Shown here piece by piece: positions 1 to 10,232 of a stretch of 36,901 nucleotides of DNA. Each line of letters opens with the position of its first letter. The stretch's first letter is position 1. Below the pieces are notes generated by a model. That model saw only the letters and a program-made list of their open reading frames with translations, searched no databases and had not been told where the DNA came from. Origin of the DNA: a virus (lineage: Duplodnaviria; Heunggongvirae; Uroviricota; Caudoviricetes); IMG/VR virus record IMGVR_UViG_2802429253_000012, one strand, 5' to 3'. Position numbers and translations under genes: made by a program.

Positions 1-78
1 TTTCTGCATCCCGTATTGGGCACTATGATGCCGGAAATCTGCCAGGTTCCACACCTTCCCGATATTCTCCCCATCCAT
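1..78 (-). CDS. Tail assembly protein K-like, N-terminal fragment truncated by window edge
   Basis: ORF open from ATG at 78 (GGAG about 8 nt upstream) to position 1, directly downstream of L on the same strand; assignment by lambda synteny only. Confidence 0.35.
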   Translation of the reverse strand, partial: MDGENIGKVWNLADFRHHSAQYGMQK

Positions 79-121
79 CACCGCGCTCCGGATTTGATGA
101 TTGGGGATGCGTTCATTACAT

Positions 122-820
122 TTACTGCGAAAGTTTGTTAATGGAAAGGAAGCCGCCAAAGTTGCCGACGTTATTGCGGAACTTACAGCCACTCAGGCAT
201 TTGCTGCATTTATCCTTCGTGATATCGGACGTCGGCTGGTCATATTCATCCGCGACCGCCGGACCGCTATAACCGCACTCATCACCGCGATAGGTCCAGG
301 TGCAGGTGTTGGCCAGCATGATGCGCCCCGGAAAAACAGCACCATCCGTTTCCGTCGGCGTGGACAGCACAAAGGCCGCGCTAACCGCGTTCAGTTCGCT
401 GCACTGCTCGATGCGCCAGCGGCTGATCACCTCCTGCTCCGGATCGGCTTCGCTGTTTCCGTTGACGAAGTTCACCGCATCCAGAAAACGGGCGTAAACC
501 TTACGCCGGACCACCGTTCCGCCGACCAGACTCTGCAGATCTTCCGCCATCCCGGTGACCATGCCGTGCAGGTTTGATACCTTAAGTGTGGGACGTGCGC
601 TGCTGCCCTTACCGTTCATCTCAAAGCCGCTTCCCTGAATGGGGTACGCCTGATACTTTCGCCCCTGCCAGGTAACCGGTTCACCTTTTTCGTTCTGCTC
701 ATTGCAGAAAAAGTAACGCTCCCCACCGACCTCTGTCAGATCAATTTCCCAGAGCACCACGCTGGCCGACTGCTCCGCACGGATACATTCATTCAGTGTT
801 TCCTGTCGTATGTCCTGCAT
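122..820 (-). CDS. L: Minor tail protein L
   Basis: 232-aa ORF; translation closely matches my recollection of lambda gpL along its length, including the C-terminal Cys cluster. Confidence 0.9.
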   Translation of the reverse strand: MQDIRQETLNECIRAEQSASVVLWEIDLTEVGGERYFFCNEQNEKGEPVTWQGRKYQAYPIQGSGFEMNGKGSSARPTLKVSNLHGMVTGMAEDLQSLVGGTVVRRKVYARFLDAVNFVNGNSEADPEQEVISRWRIEQCSELNAVSAAFVLSTPTETDGAVFPGRIMLANTCTWTYRGDECGYSGPAVADEYDQPTSDITKDKCSKCLSGCKFRNNVGNFGGFLSINKLSQ

Positions 821-1116
821 CAGATCACCACTTCGTCAAACTGACATGAAAAATCGGTATAGGTGATATGTTCTGTCGCTGACCACGTTCGACACACCAC
901 TCTGATTTTTCTGTTAATACCCGGCGGGCGCCAAAAAAAAGATTTATAGCCTCCATGCCGAGCCAGAAACAGTTCAAATGAATTACGTTCATTCGCCTCA
1001 ACCCTGAAATCACAGGTAAAAACACGCAGAGAATGATTAAGTCCGTTTGGGCTTCGTTGTTCATAACCATCGCCAAATCTTACAGTTTTTATCGATGGCT
1101 TATTTTCTGTTTTCAT
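820..1116 (-). CDS. M: Minor tail protein M
   Basis: ORF with lambda gpM-like motifs (VRFGDGY, HGGYKSF); ATG at 1116 preceded by GAGGA; alternative GTG start at 1158 overlaps the H stop. Confidence 0.8.
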   Translation of the reverse strand: MKTENKPSIKTVRFGDGYEQRSPNGLNHSLRVFTCDFRVEANERNSFELFLARHGGYKSFFWRPPGINRKIRVVCRTWSATEHITYTDFSCQFDEVVI

Positions 1117-1150
1117 TCCATCCTCTGGTAACCAGTAAAATTCTTCCGTA

Positions 1151-4100
1151 TTAGCCACTTAACATTCCTCCATCACGTCGCATATTTAACAGAGCGCCCT
1201 GCACCCGCTGATCAACCATCCCCATAAGTGCTTTTATTGCCTGAGGACCAATCTCTCCATTCTGGCCGTCATTTTGAATAGTGATTTGGTATACAGGGGC
1301 ATAAGTAATATCTCTGCCTCCATTACCACTTTTACTATTAATAGCTCTGACACCAAGAGAACCATCGGAAGTTCGCGTTAATGGCATAATAGCTTCCGGT
1401 CCAGCCTCACCAAAAACACCAGCTCCTTTTGCAAAAGCAAAAAATTGCGGGGAGTCATAAATACCGTTCGAATATGTACTCAATGACGGAGACTCATAAA
1501 CACCGCCCTTTGCATTCGGAATAAATTTACTAATAGCACTCCCGATAGTTCCTAAAATACCCCCAGAAGAACTGTTACTAATGCTGTCGAAAATCCCAGT
1601 AATTGAAGCCTTTAATGCAATTCGACTAAGATCCGAAATCACGGAAGTAGCGAAAGAACGAAAATTTGCCTTGCCTGTCGTGACAAAATCACCTAGCGCA
1701 TCGGTCATCCCATCAAACATCTGAGTCGTGGTTGATTTTATCTGCGCACCGATATCCTTAGTGTCATCCAGCCAGTTATTGAATCCCTGGGAGGCACCAC
1801 TAATCCAGTCTCCTGCCTGAATATCGAGCTGCTCGTTTTTCTGGCTGACAATTTCTTTTTCTCGTTCCAGAGCATCATTCAGAGCCTGCATTTTCTCCTG
1901 AAAAACATGATTTGACATTCCACGGGATTTATCTGCATAGTCACGTTCAAGTTGCAGACGCTGATTGTTATATTCACGTTCAATCCGCAGTAATTCCTGC
2001 TGGCGTTGCTGATTTTTATCGCCAACCCCATAACCAGCAATCTGAATATCATACCCCTGCTGACGATTATCAATCGAAGCCTGCAATGAATCACGCCATG
2101 CGGCTATTTCGGCGGATTCTTTGATTAGCCTGCTATTTTTTTCAATCGCAACATTTTTCTCCATCAACGCGGTTATTTCTTCCCGGTGTAAGAGAAGTGA
2201 TTTCTGCTCTTGGGTTAATTTCGATGACGGTCGTGACTCTAGGTCGGCAATCTGCTGACGCCACTTAACCAGTTCCTGTTCAGAGGAACTTAATTTAACG
2301 GTCAATTCAGCTTGTGAACTTAGTAACGCATTCTGTTGATTCAGATGATCAATCATTCGTTGGGCAGCATCATCCGAATAACCTTTCGCCTTTGGTTGCT
2401 TTGGATCTTTATAACGCTCATTTATTTGAGCGATAAGATTATTATATTCTTCCTTTGAATACTGATTCTTTAGCTTTTCCAGTTTTGCAAGTTCACTAGC
2501 TCTCTGCTGCTCCCGGGTCTGATATTGTTTTGAAAAAGCATCTGCTCTCTGTCTGAGTTCAATTCCTTCCTGTTGTCGCTTGTTGTAATCGTTTATTGAT
2601 GAATTTAGTACGTCCTGAGCAATTTTTTCTGCTTGAAGTACGCCCAATTGCTGCTTTAATCGTGCCAGCTTTTTATTTTGAGCTCCGCCATCTCCAATGC
2701 CACCTAACCCGAAAACTCCGGGTCGGGTATTTTTTTCTATTTCATCAATTTGACGGAGAACATCTGAGATTTTTTGATCAAGGGAGGCCTCACGGCCAAT
2801 ATCCAGCATGGAATCCCATGCCCATTTTGCGGAGTCTGCGACAGCTTTCCATGCAGTCTCAAGATAACCAAGATTTTCTTTAATCTGGTTGGTGCGCTGG
2901 ATCATTGAGGATGAGTATGCTTCTGTCGCAATGCGGGCGGCCTCCTGCTGGTTCCCTTCATCCTGTAGCGCCTTAATTTGGTTATAAGTCGCAAGTGTCA
3001 GAAAATGGTACTGATCATTAAGTTTTGATATAGCACTGACAGGATCCTTTGCAATTTCATTGAAGTCATTAACCAGTTGTTCGGTTGATATTCCTGTTAC
3101 TTCGCTCGTTTTTACTATCGCTGTCGTCACTTGCTCCAGCGAACTGCTCGCTACCTTTCCCGAACGCACAAGCTGGTTTAATACTGCCGCCGCAGCGCCA
3201 GTTGTCGAATCAGCCGCATTCCCGGCACGTTGAGCTATATCGGCCAATTGCCCGCTGGTTGTCCCCAACTGATTTCCGGTAAGAATAAGAGATTTATTAA
3301 ATTCGTCCTGCTCCTGAGAGCCTTTATAGTAAGCCAGTCCTAAGACCCCAACGGCTGCTGCGGCCAGGGTAAAAGGATTAACTAATCCCAGCACATAAGA
3401 ACCTACACCTTTGATCGCCGGGCCAATCCCACCGAACATATCTTTTAGCTGGCCGCCCTGCTGCATTAACACCATAAATGGCGACTGACCAGTGGACAAC
3501 CCAACAACAATATCCGTCATTTGTGCAGGCAACATGCGCATAGCAAAAGCCGTTTGTTTTGCCGACATTCCGGTTTTGCTTAATTGTGATTGAGTAACCT
3601 CAAGCTCACTCCGCATAGCACGAAGTTTTCCAGAAAGCTCCTCATACATTTCAGGAGAAAGCATCCCCTTAGCTTTTGCTTCATTGAGCTGTTTCTGTTG
3701 TTCTACCAGACGATTAAAAGCAGTTCCGACAGGATCAAGTTGAGCAATCAGACGTTGCAAAGCAACAACCTGTTCATCATGCGCTTTTGCTGCTTCTCGC
3801 TCTGCCTGAGCCTCTCCGGTAAGCTCTCGCCGTGTTTCCTGTATTTTTCGGCTATAATTCTCAAACTGAGAACCATTTATTTTCCCGGATGCAAACGCAG
3901 CATTAAGTTCATCATGCTGTTGTTCAAGATTTCTTAGCGCCGCAGCCAGAGGGTCGATCTTGTCCAGCATTCTTTGAAAGGCCTGAGCCTGCGCTTCCTG
4001 CTGGGCGGCAGCAAGTTTTCCGGCCTTCTCGGCTTCTCTCTGCGCTTGCGCAACCCCGCTCAATTCCTCTGTGGTTTCATTAAGTTTACGGACAAGAAAT

Positions 4101-4384
4101 TCATATTCTTCTTTATCAATAAGCCCTTTATCGAAAAATTTCTTTAATTCAGAATAGCGTCGACCGACAGTATCAATTGCGGCACCAACTGGATCAATAG
4201 CTGCTTTTAATTTTGCGAGCGCGTTCTTCTCATCTTCTGTTGCCTTAGTCACTTTCCCTGCGCTATTTGCAGCAGTTTTCCCAGCCTGCGTCATTTTGAC
4301 TAATGAGGAGGTCAGATTGTCAGCATTATTTTTCGCTCCAGTGCTATCAATAATTATTGCGAGACGCGAGGTTTGCTCTGCCAT
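1151..4384 (-). CDS. H: Tail tape measure protein
   Basis: 1077-aa ORF, coiled-coil-rich N-terminal two thirds and Gly-rich C-terminus, located between T and M as in lambda. Confidence 0.9.
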   Translation of the reverse strand: MAEQTSRLAIIIDSTGAKNNADNLTSSLVKMTQAGKTAANSAGKVTKATEDEKNALAKLKAAIDPVGAAIDTVGRRYSELKKFFDKGLIDKEEYEFLVRKLNETTEELSGVAQAQREAEKAGKLAAAQQEAQAQAFQRMLDKIDPLAAALRNLEQQHDELNAAFASGKINGSQFENYSRKIQETRRELTGEAQAEREAAKAHDEQVVALQRLIAQLDPVGTAFNRLVEQQKQLNEAKAKGMLSPEMYEELSGKLRAMRSELEVTQSQLSKTGMSAKQTAFAMRMLPAQMTDIVVGLSTGQSPFMVLMQQGGQLKDMFGGIGPAIKGVGSYVLGLVNPFTLAAAAVGVLGLAYYKGSQEQDEFNKSLILTGNQLGTTSGQLADIAQRAGNAADSTTGAAAAVLNQLVRSGKVASSSLEQVTTAIVKTSEVTGISTEQLVNDFNEIAKDPVSAISKLNDQYHFLTLATYNQIKALQDEGNQQEAARIATEAYSSSMIQRTNQIKENLGYLETAWKAVADSAKWAWDSMLDIGREASLDQKISDVLRQIDEIEKNTRPGVFGLGGIGDGGAQNKKLARLKQQLGVLQAEKIAQDVLNSSINDYNKRQQEGIELRQRADAFSKQYQTREQQRASELAKLEKLKNQYSKEEYNNLIAQINERYKDPKQPKAKGYSDDAAQRMIDHLNQQNALLSSQAELTVKLSSSEQELVKWRQQIADLESRPSSKLTQEQKSLLLHREEITALMEKNVAIEKNSRLIKESAEIAAWRDSLQASIDNRQQGYDIQIAGYGVGDKNQQRQQELLRIEREYNNQRLQLERDYADKSRGMSNHVFQEKMQALNDALEREKEIVSQKNEQLDIQAGDWISGASQGFNNWLDDTKDIGAQIKSTTTQMFDGMTDALGDFVTTGKANFRSFATSVISDLSRIALKASITGIFDSISNSSSGGILGTIGSAISKFIPNAKGGVYESPSLSTYSNGIYDSPQFFAFAKGAGVFGEAGPEAIMPLTRTSDGSLGVRAINSKSGNGGRDITYAPVYQITIQNDGQNGEIGPQAIKALMGMVDQRVQGALLNMRRDGGMLSG

Positions 4385-4400
4385 TTATTAAAACTCCTGA

Positions 4401-4427
4401 CAACAAAAAACCCACCGAAGTGGGTTT
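4401..4427 (-). terminator. Intrinsic terminator-like hairpin between T and H (stem aaacccac/gtgggttt, loop of 4, then U-rich run on the minus-strand transcript)
   Basis: Read directly from sequence; lies inside a 163-nt T-H gap and immediately upstream of the H RBS (caggag). Confidence 0.45.
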
Positions 4428-4547
4428 CAGGCGACATAATAGTAGATATAGCGATTACGAGGTCACGCAATGCTTTTCTCCAGGAGCATCATCGATTTAA
4501 TTAAAGACACCATCACATCTCTGTAACAGAGTGTACGTAATTAACAA

Positions 4548-4868
4548 CTACACACACTGCTCCTGAAAATACTGGTCATCCAGTGCAAAGATCACTGCTT
4601 CAAATTCATCGCGCTCAATCAATACCGGATGAGTGGCTAAATATTCATTTATCTCTGTCAGAGATAAAGGCAAAGGCACCCCAGTCATTCCAGCATAACG
4701 TCGGGCACGGGATATTACCGAATAGGCGTACAACAATTCCTTAAGCACCGGGTCTATTTCTGGTTCCGGTATCGGTGGCAACCTGAGTTTTTCTCGCTTC
4801 CATCTTGCCTTTTCCCCCCTTTCTCCCCCGAACTCCGATAACCACCGTTGGGCGGCTATGGCTTTTTT
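4548..4868 (-). CDS. T: T-specific extension of tail assembly chaperone G-T, reached by -1 frameshift from G
   Basis: The -1 frame from the slippery site at 4862-4868 runs stop-free into the 4548..4781 ORF; traced codon by codon. Confidence 0.7.
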   Translation of the reverse strand, partial: KKAIAAQRWLSEFGGERGEKARWKREKLRLPPIPEPEIDPVLKELLYAYSVISRARRYAGMTGVPLPLSLTEINEYLATHPVLIERDEFEAVIFALDDQYFQEQCV

Positions 4869-5305
4869 ATCGTATCCTGCTTCTGCTGCTCTTTACCCTG
4901 GGCGATGCTGGCTGCTTCTGCAAGGATCTGCCAGTACAACTCTGGATTCTGCCTAAGCAGCGCGATCCCTCGTTCTGGCGTATATTCCAGTGCAACCTCA
5001 ACACCATTAACCAGTTCACCAACCCCTTTCCAGTCTTTCAGCAGATAACGAGCGGCATTATCAATGAGTAAATCATCAACAGAATCCACCTCGGAAACCT
5101 TTGAAATATCAAACTCCTTCGTTCCGACGTGCAAACTGGCATCCATTTTCTCAATGTGGCGACGGATTAATGCATTACGGGAGCGATACTGATCGTTATC
5201 GCTGCTTGCCACCAACAGTTTTAACCCGTCTACAGGTTTTAAGTCCTTCATTGGCGTAAACCAGCGTTCTCCACCGATGATAATTTTCTGATTAAGAATA
5301 AACAT
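4856..5305 (-). CDS. G: Tail assembly chaperone G
   Basis: ORF with lambda gpG-like N-terminus (MFILNQKIIIGG vs lambda MFLKTESFEHNG); GAGG 6 nt upstream of the ATG at 5305; sits between V and T. Confidence 0.8.
   Translation of the reverse strand: MFILNQKIIIGGERWFTPMKDLKPVDGLKLLVASSDNDQYRSRNALIRRHIEKMDASLHVGTKEFDISKVSEVDSVDDLLIDNAARYLLKDWKGVGELVNGVEVALEYTPERGIALLRQNPELYWQILAEAASIAQGKEQQKQDTIKKP
4862..4868 (-). other. Programmed -1 ribosomal frameshift slippery heptamer A_AAA_AAG, four codons before the G stop
   Basis: Minus-strand sequence acg ata aaa aag cca tag; after a -1 slip the frame reads gcc ata gcc gcc ... into the T ORF without stops. Confidence 0.65.
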
Positions 5306-5365
5306 CCATAACCTCATTCAATGCGTCCCCCTGTAGTGCAGTACCACAGGGGGAATAACGGAAAA

Positions 5366-6328
5366 TCAACTAATCGCCTCAGCACTGGCTTTTGCGATCA
5401 CGGCAGCCGGAGAGTTTTTTTTTCTGGTTATCGTAGGTGCTTCATCTGCTGCGGTAATGCTCAATTGAACCTGGATAATGTCGGTATTACCCCCATCAGG
5501 CCATTCACCTGACACCTGAACCTTCGGGAAACTGAAAGTGTATGCCCCCTCTCCATTCGAAAGCGTGAAGCTGAACGGAACTGTTTCTCCAGTCAGTGTT
5601 TTACTCCAGATTTCCCATGCAGCTTTAGACCATGAAAGCGTCACCGTACCGGACGGTGTAAAAGTAGTCGGAATATTTGCTCCTGCATAAGGCGAGCCAG
5701 TCCCGATACAACGCTGTGTCTGGAGTTTGTTATCGAACTGAATATCAAAACTGTCGATACAAAAACCGTTACCTCCGGCAACACCATTCAGGCTTACTGC
5801 TGAAACCTCCTTAAACGAATAACGTAGCTTTCCTGCACTATCCACAGGTTCGCCTTTGATAAAATTCGTATCATCGGCCTTTGATTCCCAGTCCAGTCCG
5901 GCAAAGGTTACGGTCGCTGTAATATCGCCGTCGTTAGGGATCTGCATTTTCCATGAGCCAACCTGCGCTCCTCTGACGACAGAGGCAATTCCGACATCGG
6001 ACGCATAGGTCGCCAGAGAAAATGTTATTCGCTCATTCCCCATTGTCAGAGAATCGCCTGACCATTCCGCGCCGAAACAGGATGCAAGAAAATCATCATG
6101 TTGACCCCAGCGAAATTTGGTACCAACATCACCGCCGACATCCACAGTGCCAGGCGTCGCCCCCTGAGCCATCCGGGAGCCACCAATCTCATTATTTTCG
6201 CCTTTATTCTGGGTGGGTTTTACTCCCCAGCTTGTGCGTTTTAATAAACTCCAGTCACCACTTGCTGGCGTAGTGCCTGCAACCGTCTCCCGGATAAATG
6301 CCGAGATAACCTTTGCACCTGAACTCAC
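5366..6328 (-). CDS. Major tail (tube) protein, V-like
   Basis: 320-aa ORF immediately upstream of G on the same strand; longer than the 246 aa I recall for lambda V; assigned by synteny. Confidence 0.7.
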   Translation of the reverse strand: MSSGAKVISAFIRETVAGTTPASGDWSLLKRTSWGVKPTQNKGENNEIGGSRMAQGATPGTVDVGGDVGTKFRWGQHDDFLASCFGAEWSGDSLTMGNERITFSLATYASDVGIASVVRGAQVGSWKMQIPNDGDITATVTFAGLDWESKADDTNFIKGEPVDSAGKLRYSFKEVSAVSLNGVAGGNGFCIDSFDIQFDNKLQTQRCIGTGSPYAGANIPTTFTPSGTVTLSWSKAAWEIWSKTLTGETVPFSFTLSNGEGAYTFSFPKVQVSGEWPDGGNTDIIQVQLSITAADEAPTITRKKNSPAAVIAKASAEAIS

Positions 6329-6354
6329 AGGAGCCTCCTATGTCATTAATTGCG

Positions 6355-6747
6355 CTAGAGCGCGCGATATGGAATTTGAAGATTAAGCTGGAACCAGCCA
6401 TTCTTTTCGCCAACGGCTATTGAGGAAACAGCCTGGTAACTGAGACGATCGTCATCCTGAAACTCAAACAGTCCCCGCAATTTATCGGCTGTCTCAGTAA
6501 TGAGTTTTGAACCAGAACCTGCGGGGACAAATAACTGAATAATGATTATCCCCGTGCGATAAACAATCGGCCCCGCGCCAATTTCATTAACTCCAGCCTG
6601 CCCGGGAATATTACTTAACCGCGCCCAGATTAACTTACCGGAAGGATCGAACGTTGGCGCGTTCGGATACAATACGTCTTTTCCATCAATAATCGTCTGT
6701 GCCGTCATTCTGGAAATAACCGTATTTCTGATTTCAGTAAATGTCAT
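6355..6747 (-). CDS. Tail terminator protein, U-like (by position)
   Basis: 130-aa ORF immediately upstream of the major tail gene; synteny only. Confidence 0.45.
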   Translation of the reverse strand: MTFTEIRNTVISRMTAQTIIDGKDVLYPNAPTFDPSGKLIWARLSNIPGQAGVNEIGAGPIVYRTGIIIIQLFVPAGSGSKLITETADKLRGLFEFQDDDRLSYQAVSSIAVGEKNGWFQLNLQIPYRAL

Positions 6748-7124
6748 TTGTAAGCCTGTAAAACACCATGAAAAGCGTTGGCATACACGCCAGTTGGCGC
6801 TTGTTGTGAATGACCGTTTTCAAGAGCCTCTGCATAAGGAAGGTTATTCTGGATATAAATAACTCCGTAATTTGCAGCTTTCGAAATAACCCCGATCCCA
6901 CGCTGAACCGCAATCGTACCGTTCGGATCCACGTTATCAGATATACCAAAATCGGGATGCTGTAACGACACCAGGTTGTTATTTCTGAAACGTCCGGTAT
7001 CAACCGGAGCAGCAATATCAATAGCAGTAAGAATCTGCATAGCGATGTAGCGAATCTTCAGCCCCACATCTTCCTCAATCATCCCGGCAAATATTGACGG
7101 TTCTATATCCCATGCCTTTGCCAT
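6744..7124 (-). CDS. Tail completion protein (HK97 gp10-like)
   Basis: 126-aa ORF, 4-nt overlap with the downstream gene; GRFRNN motif recalled for the HK97 gp10 family. Confidence 0.45.
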   Translation of the reverse strand: MAKAWDIEPSIFAGMIEEDVGLKIRYIAMQILTAIDIAAPVDTGRFRNNNLVSLQHPDFGISDNVDPNGTIAVQRGIGVISKAANYGVIYIQNNLPYAEALENGHSQQAPTGVYANAFHGVLQAYK

Positions 7125-7508
7125 TTACGCTCTCCTTAACTGGATAGAGTAAACTGATGCGGAAGGATCTACACTCGCTGTAATTACCTCGTATCGTTGT
7201 AACTGCCTTGATACAGGATCATAAATCTCAATAATATGGTCGACAGCGGGTTTATCCGTAACCTCGCATACCAGAGCGGTTAATTTAAGGTCACCATGCA
7301 AAATATTAATCCCATCAATTCTGCCCAGCTTATAACGTGTCAACACGCCTCGCCCGGTATAGATTGCGGTGGATTCGCCGCCAGTTTCCGTCACAGGATC
7401 CCAGTGCCGGTGCGTAACGTAAGAACCAGAAAAATCACTCACGGCGTCCGCTAAATCCTCATCAAAAGCAGCGGCAACCTCTGACTGAATCTCTTCACGA
7501 AGCCCCAT
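7125..7508 (-). CDS. Head closure / head-tail joining protein
   Basis: 127-aa ORF packed between connector and tail-completion genes; synteny only. Confidence 0.4.
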   Translation of the reverse strand: MGLREEIQSEVAAAFDEDLADAVSDFSGSYVTHRHWDPVTETGGESTAIYTGRGVLTRYKLGRIDGINILHGDLKLTALVCEVTDKPAVDHIIEIYDPVSRQLQRYEVITASVDPSASVYSIQLRRA

Positions 7509-7903
7509 TATCCCCCCCTCACAACCCTGACTTGTGAGCGACTAAGTCCGTACGGTTTCAGCAGTGCTATCGCAAGCTGTAAATCGGGTTCAAGCAATGC
7601 AGTGCTGTTTGCTGGCAACTCAGCAAATGATTTCGATACACTGACCCCGTCAGCCGACACGGCTTTACTGATAACAACGCCAGAATCATTTTTCTGCTGA
7701 AACAACTTACCGAATGAGGCAATTCTGGCTGCATATGCTCCCGCAAGTTTTACCTCTTCCGGAATACGGGATGGGTTAATTTTCAGGTTGAAGCCATTAA
7801 GCCAGGCATTAGCCATTAAAACAGCTTTATTTTTAGCGTTCTCACTCGTCCAGGCGTTCCCAAACGCATTATCAACGTCATCACAGGTCACGTAAGTGAT
7901 CAT
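7508..7903 (-). CDS. Head-tail connector (gp6-like)
   Basis: 131-aa ORF; N-terminus (ITYVTCDDVDNAFG) resembles gp6-like connector proteins; first gene after the capsid block. Confidence 0.45.
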   Translation of the reverse strand: MITYVTCDDVDNAFGNAWTSENAKNKAVLMANAWLNGFNLKINPSRIPEEVKLAGAYAARIASFGKLFQQKNDSGVVISKAVSADGVSVSKSFAELPANSTALLEPDLQLAIALLKPYGLSRSQVRVVRGG

Positions 7904-7906
7904 GTG

Positions 7907-8083
7907 TTACTCCTGAGTTTTCCAGCCCATAGCCTTCCAGTTGTCAACTTCATCAGGATGAACATTAGCGATAGTTGGTGCGCCGGGAAACATCTGATAA
8001 TCGGTCACCATAACCACTAACTCAATTTGCGTTTTTTGTGCGGCTTCACGCTGTGCTCTTTGCTCTTTAGTTAATCCGGCCAT
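7907..8083 (-). CDS. Hypothetical small protein (58 aa) between major capsid and connector genes
   Basis: Not in the supplied ORF track (below its length cut-off); ATG at 8083 with GGAGG 4 nt upstream; stop TAA at 7909-7907. Confidence 0.3.
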   Translation of the reverse strand: MAGLTKEQRAQREAAQKTQIELVVMVTDYQMFPGAPTIANVHPDEVDNWKAMGWKTQE

Positions 8084-8094
8084 ATGCCCTCCAT

Positions 8095-8116
8095 TAAAAA
8101 TGGGGCCGAAGCCCCG
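8095..8116 (-). terminator. Hairpin plus U-run downstream of the major capsid gene (possible partial terminator)
   Basis: Stem ggggc/gcccc with a 4-nt loop at 8102-8115 followed by UUUUU on the minus-strand transcript, directly after the capsid stop at 8126. Confidence 0.4.
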
Positions 8117-8125
8117 TTTGAATGT

Positions 8126-9265
8126 TTAACCAAGAATCAGACAACCATGTGCCGGCTTCACTGATGAAACACCCCATGCCAGTCCAACTTCATAGCGCAC
8201 CTGGCGATACTGACGATACAGTGCAATCTGGAACGTAATCCCTGAAATCGGGTCCGTAACATTCATTACATCATCAGCATTATCGCCACCTTCCGGCATT
8301 GCCGGAGTACGGGATGCCAGCAGAAACGCGTTGCGATCAAACGCCATATTTGCAGTAAAGGAGCCAACAACTGTGATTGCAGTATCATCGGCCAGATCCT
8401 GACGCAGTCCGGGCGCTGCAAGAGTAATCAGATTGCTGGTCGCTGCTGCCACAACATACTGATTCGGATCGCCAGCGAACGTAACAATCTGACCTGCAGA
8501 AATACTCCCCGAACCAGTATCAATGGAAATAAGAACATCGCCTTCTTTTTTCTCGCCATTCACGAGATAACCAGTTGCAGCAACCTTTGGCGCTCGTTTT
8601 ACACCTGCCGAACTGTGAATATTGAATCCCTCCAGACGCCCCAACACGCCCTCACGCAGTAGCTGTTCAGTGCCGGATTCATTCACTTTAAACAGTACAG
8701 ACTGTTTTCCGCGCAAATTAGCAATGGCAGTGGAGCCAAGCACCATCTGCAGATCGGTTGTCGGTGCGCCGTTATCCTCCAGAACCTGACGAGCCAGAGC
8801 AGCATCAGAAAGATCATCTTTAACACCAAACGGCGTTGTCCCTGCGGTTCCCACGGCGCGGGAAGCACCGAAATACAACGCACCAAGATCAGCCTCAACC
8901 TCGTTTGCAAGGGCGCGAAAAGCCTGCTTGAACTGATCAGCCAGAATGGTGTTGTAAGTCCCTGAAGGGCCAAGAGCCAGTTGTTCTTCACCATTCCATT
9001 TAACCGGTGCCATTTTGGATTTAGTAATTTTCACATCAACAGTGCCAATATTTTGATCACCGGTATTCGGAGCTGACGGCCCCGGTACGATATCTTCGGT
9101 TTTCGCCTCAGGCGCAACTGGCGCGGTTACCGTCTGATCTTTTGCTGCGGCGTCAGCTTTTGCGTTTTTTGCTACCGCAGGGATAAAACCTACCTGCTCA
9201 CGGGATACAACATCCAGGGCGGTATAAATAGTCGGGATCAACCCGGTCAGGGTATTTCCAGCCAT
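8126..9265 (-). CDS. Major capsid protein
   Basis: 379-aa ORF from the ATG at 9265 (AAGGA upstream); follows scaffold-like and head morphogenesis genes; Gly/Ala/Thr-rich as expected for a capsid protein. Confidence 0.75.
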   Translation of the reverse strand: MAGNTLTGLIPTIYTALDVVSREQVGFIPAVAKNAKADAAAKDQTVTAPVAPEAKTEDIVPGPSAPNTGDQNIGTVDVKITKSKMAPVKWNGEEQLALGPSGTYNTILADQFKQAFRALANEVEADLGALYFGASRAVGTAGTTPFGVKDDLSDAALARQVLEDNGAPTTDLQMVLGSTAIANLRGKQSVLFKVNESGTEQLLREGVLGRLEGFNIHSSAGVKRAPKVAATGYLVNGEKKEGDVLISIDTGSGSISAGQIVTFAGDPNQYVVAAATSNLITLAAPGLRQDLADDTAITVVGSFTANMAFDRNAFLLASRTPAMPEGGDNADDVMNVTDPISGITFQIALYRQYRQVRYEVGLAWGVSSVKPAHGCLILG

Positions 9266-9363
9266 AATTAAATATTCCTTAAAAATTTGCGTAATTGTGA
9301 ATAGATGGAGTAATGAGCTATCCAGCCCTGACACCAGCTCCCATCCGGAAGCTGACAAATGTG

Positions 9364-10128
9364 TTAATCAACAATTGTGATACCGTCTTTCAATGCGTTT
9401 TGCTTACCTGCAACATCCAGTGCATCAAAAGCAGAGCGTTTCATCGTTTTCTGACCAATATCATGCTGTGTCGGACGGGAGCCGCCGCCATTGTTGCCAC
9501 TGGCTTTCAGGATGTAGTCTTTCTGAGGGTAATTTTCGACGAGGAACTCCAGCGCCTCATCAAACTGCGCCAGTTCGCCAGGCTTCGCGCGGGAATAAAT
9601 TTTGTTGCCGGAAGCGTCATAAGCAACGATCTTCCCTTCTTCCACTTTGAATGCCTGCCCGAAGCGGGCTTGTAATAAATCTGCCGGGATCGCAATTTTA
9701 TCGGCAATATATTTTGAACCCGCAAAACTACCGCCAATCATAGAATCGTAAAGCTGCTTCTCCAGCATCTGAGAGCGTTGCTTTTCTTCATCTAATTGCT
9801 GCTGAAAATTTTTCGTAATTTCAGCCTTAACCTGGTCAACCTGTCCCGCATCGATCAGCTTTTTCTGGTCGATTTTTGACAGCATTTCCAGTGCCTCGAT
9901 CGCCTTCTTCGGGTCTTCGATAGCGGCAAACTTAGCCAGTTTTTCCTCTGCAGCTTCTTTAGCCAGGCGATGATTTTTTGCCTCGCCATTAAGTTCTGTA
10001 ATTTTTTTTGTCGCCAGCGGTGCATCGAAGCCGATTTCTTTACCATCGTCGTGCACATAAACTGGCAGGCCAGCAGTATCAATTTCTGCGTATTGTTTTC
10101 CGTTAATCTCGACCGTTTTCAGTTTCAT
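9364..10128 (-). CDS. Scaffolding-like protein (coiled-coil rich)
   Basis: 254-aa ORF from the ATG at 10128, immediately upstream of the capsid gene; charged helical middle region. Confidence 0.45.
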   Translation of the reverse strand: MKLKTVEINGKQYAEIDTAGLPVYVHDDGKEIGFDAPLATKKITELNGEAKNHRLAKEAAEEKLAKFAAIEDPKKAIEALEMLSKIDQKKLIDAGQVDQVKAEITKNFQQQLDEEKQRSQMLEKQLYDSMIGGSFAGSKYIADKIAIPADLLQARFGQAFKVEEGKIVAYDASGNKIYSRAKPGELAQFDEALEFLVENYPQKDYILKASGNNGGGSRPTQHDIGQKTMKRSAFDALDVAGKQNALKDGITIVD

Positions 10129-10232
10129 ATTAGTACCTGGTTTAAGTCTTCCGACAGTTACGCTGCTCACCATCCGGATAGCAGCAATAAAAAAGGCCAC
10201 CCGAAGGTAGCCTGTTGTAATAAATGATTTAT

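Noticed and set aside
101-577. 158-aa plus-strand ORF
   Set aside because: Lies entirely antisense to the well-supported minor tail L gene and has Arg/Ala-rich composition typical of a GC-rich antisense frame
3590-3937. 115-aa plus-strand ORF inside the tape-measure gene
   Set aside because: Antisense to the tape-measure gene and of low complexity; no RBS
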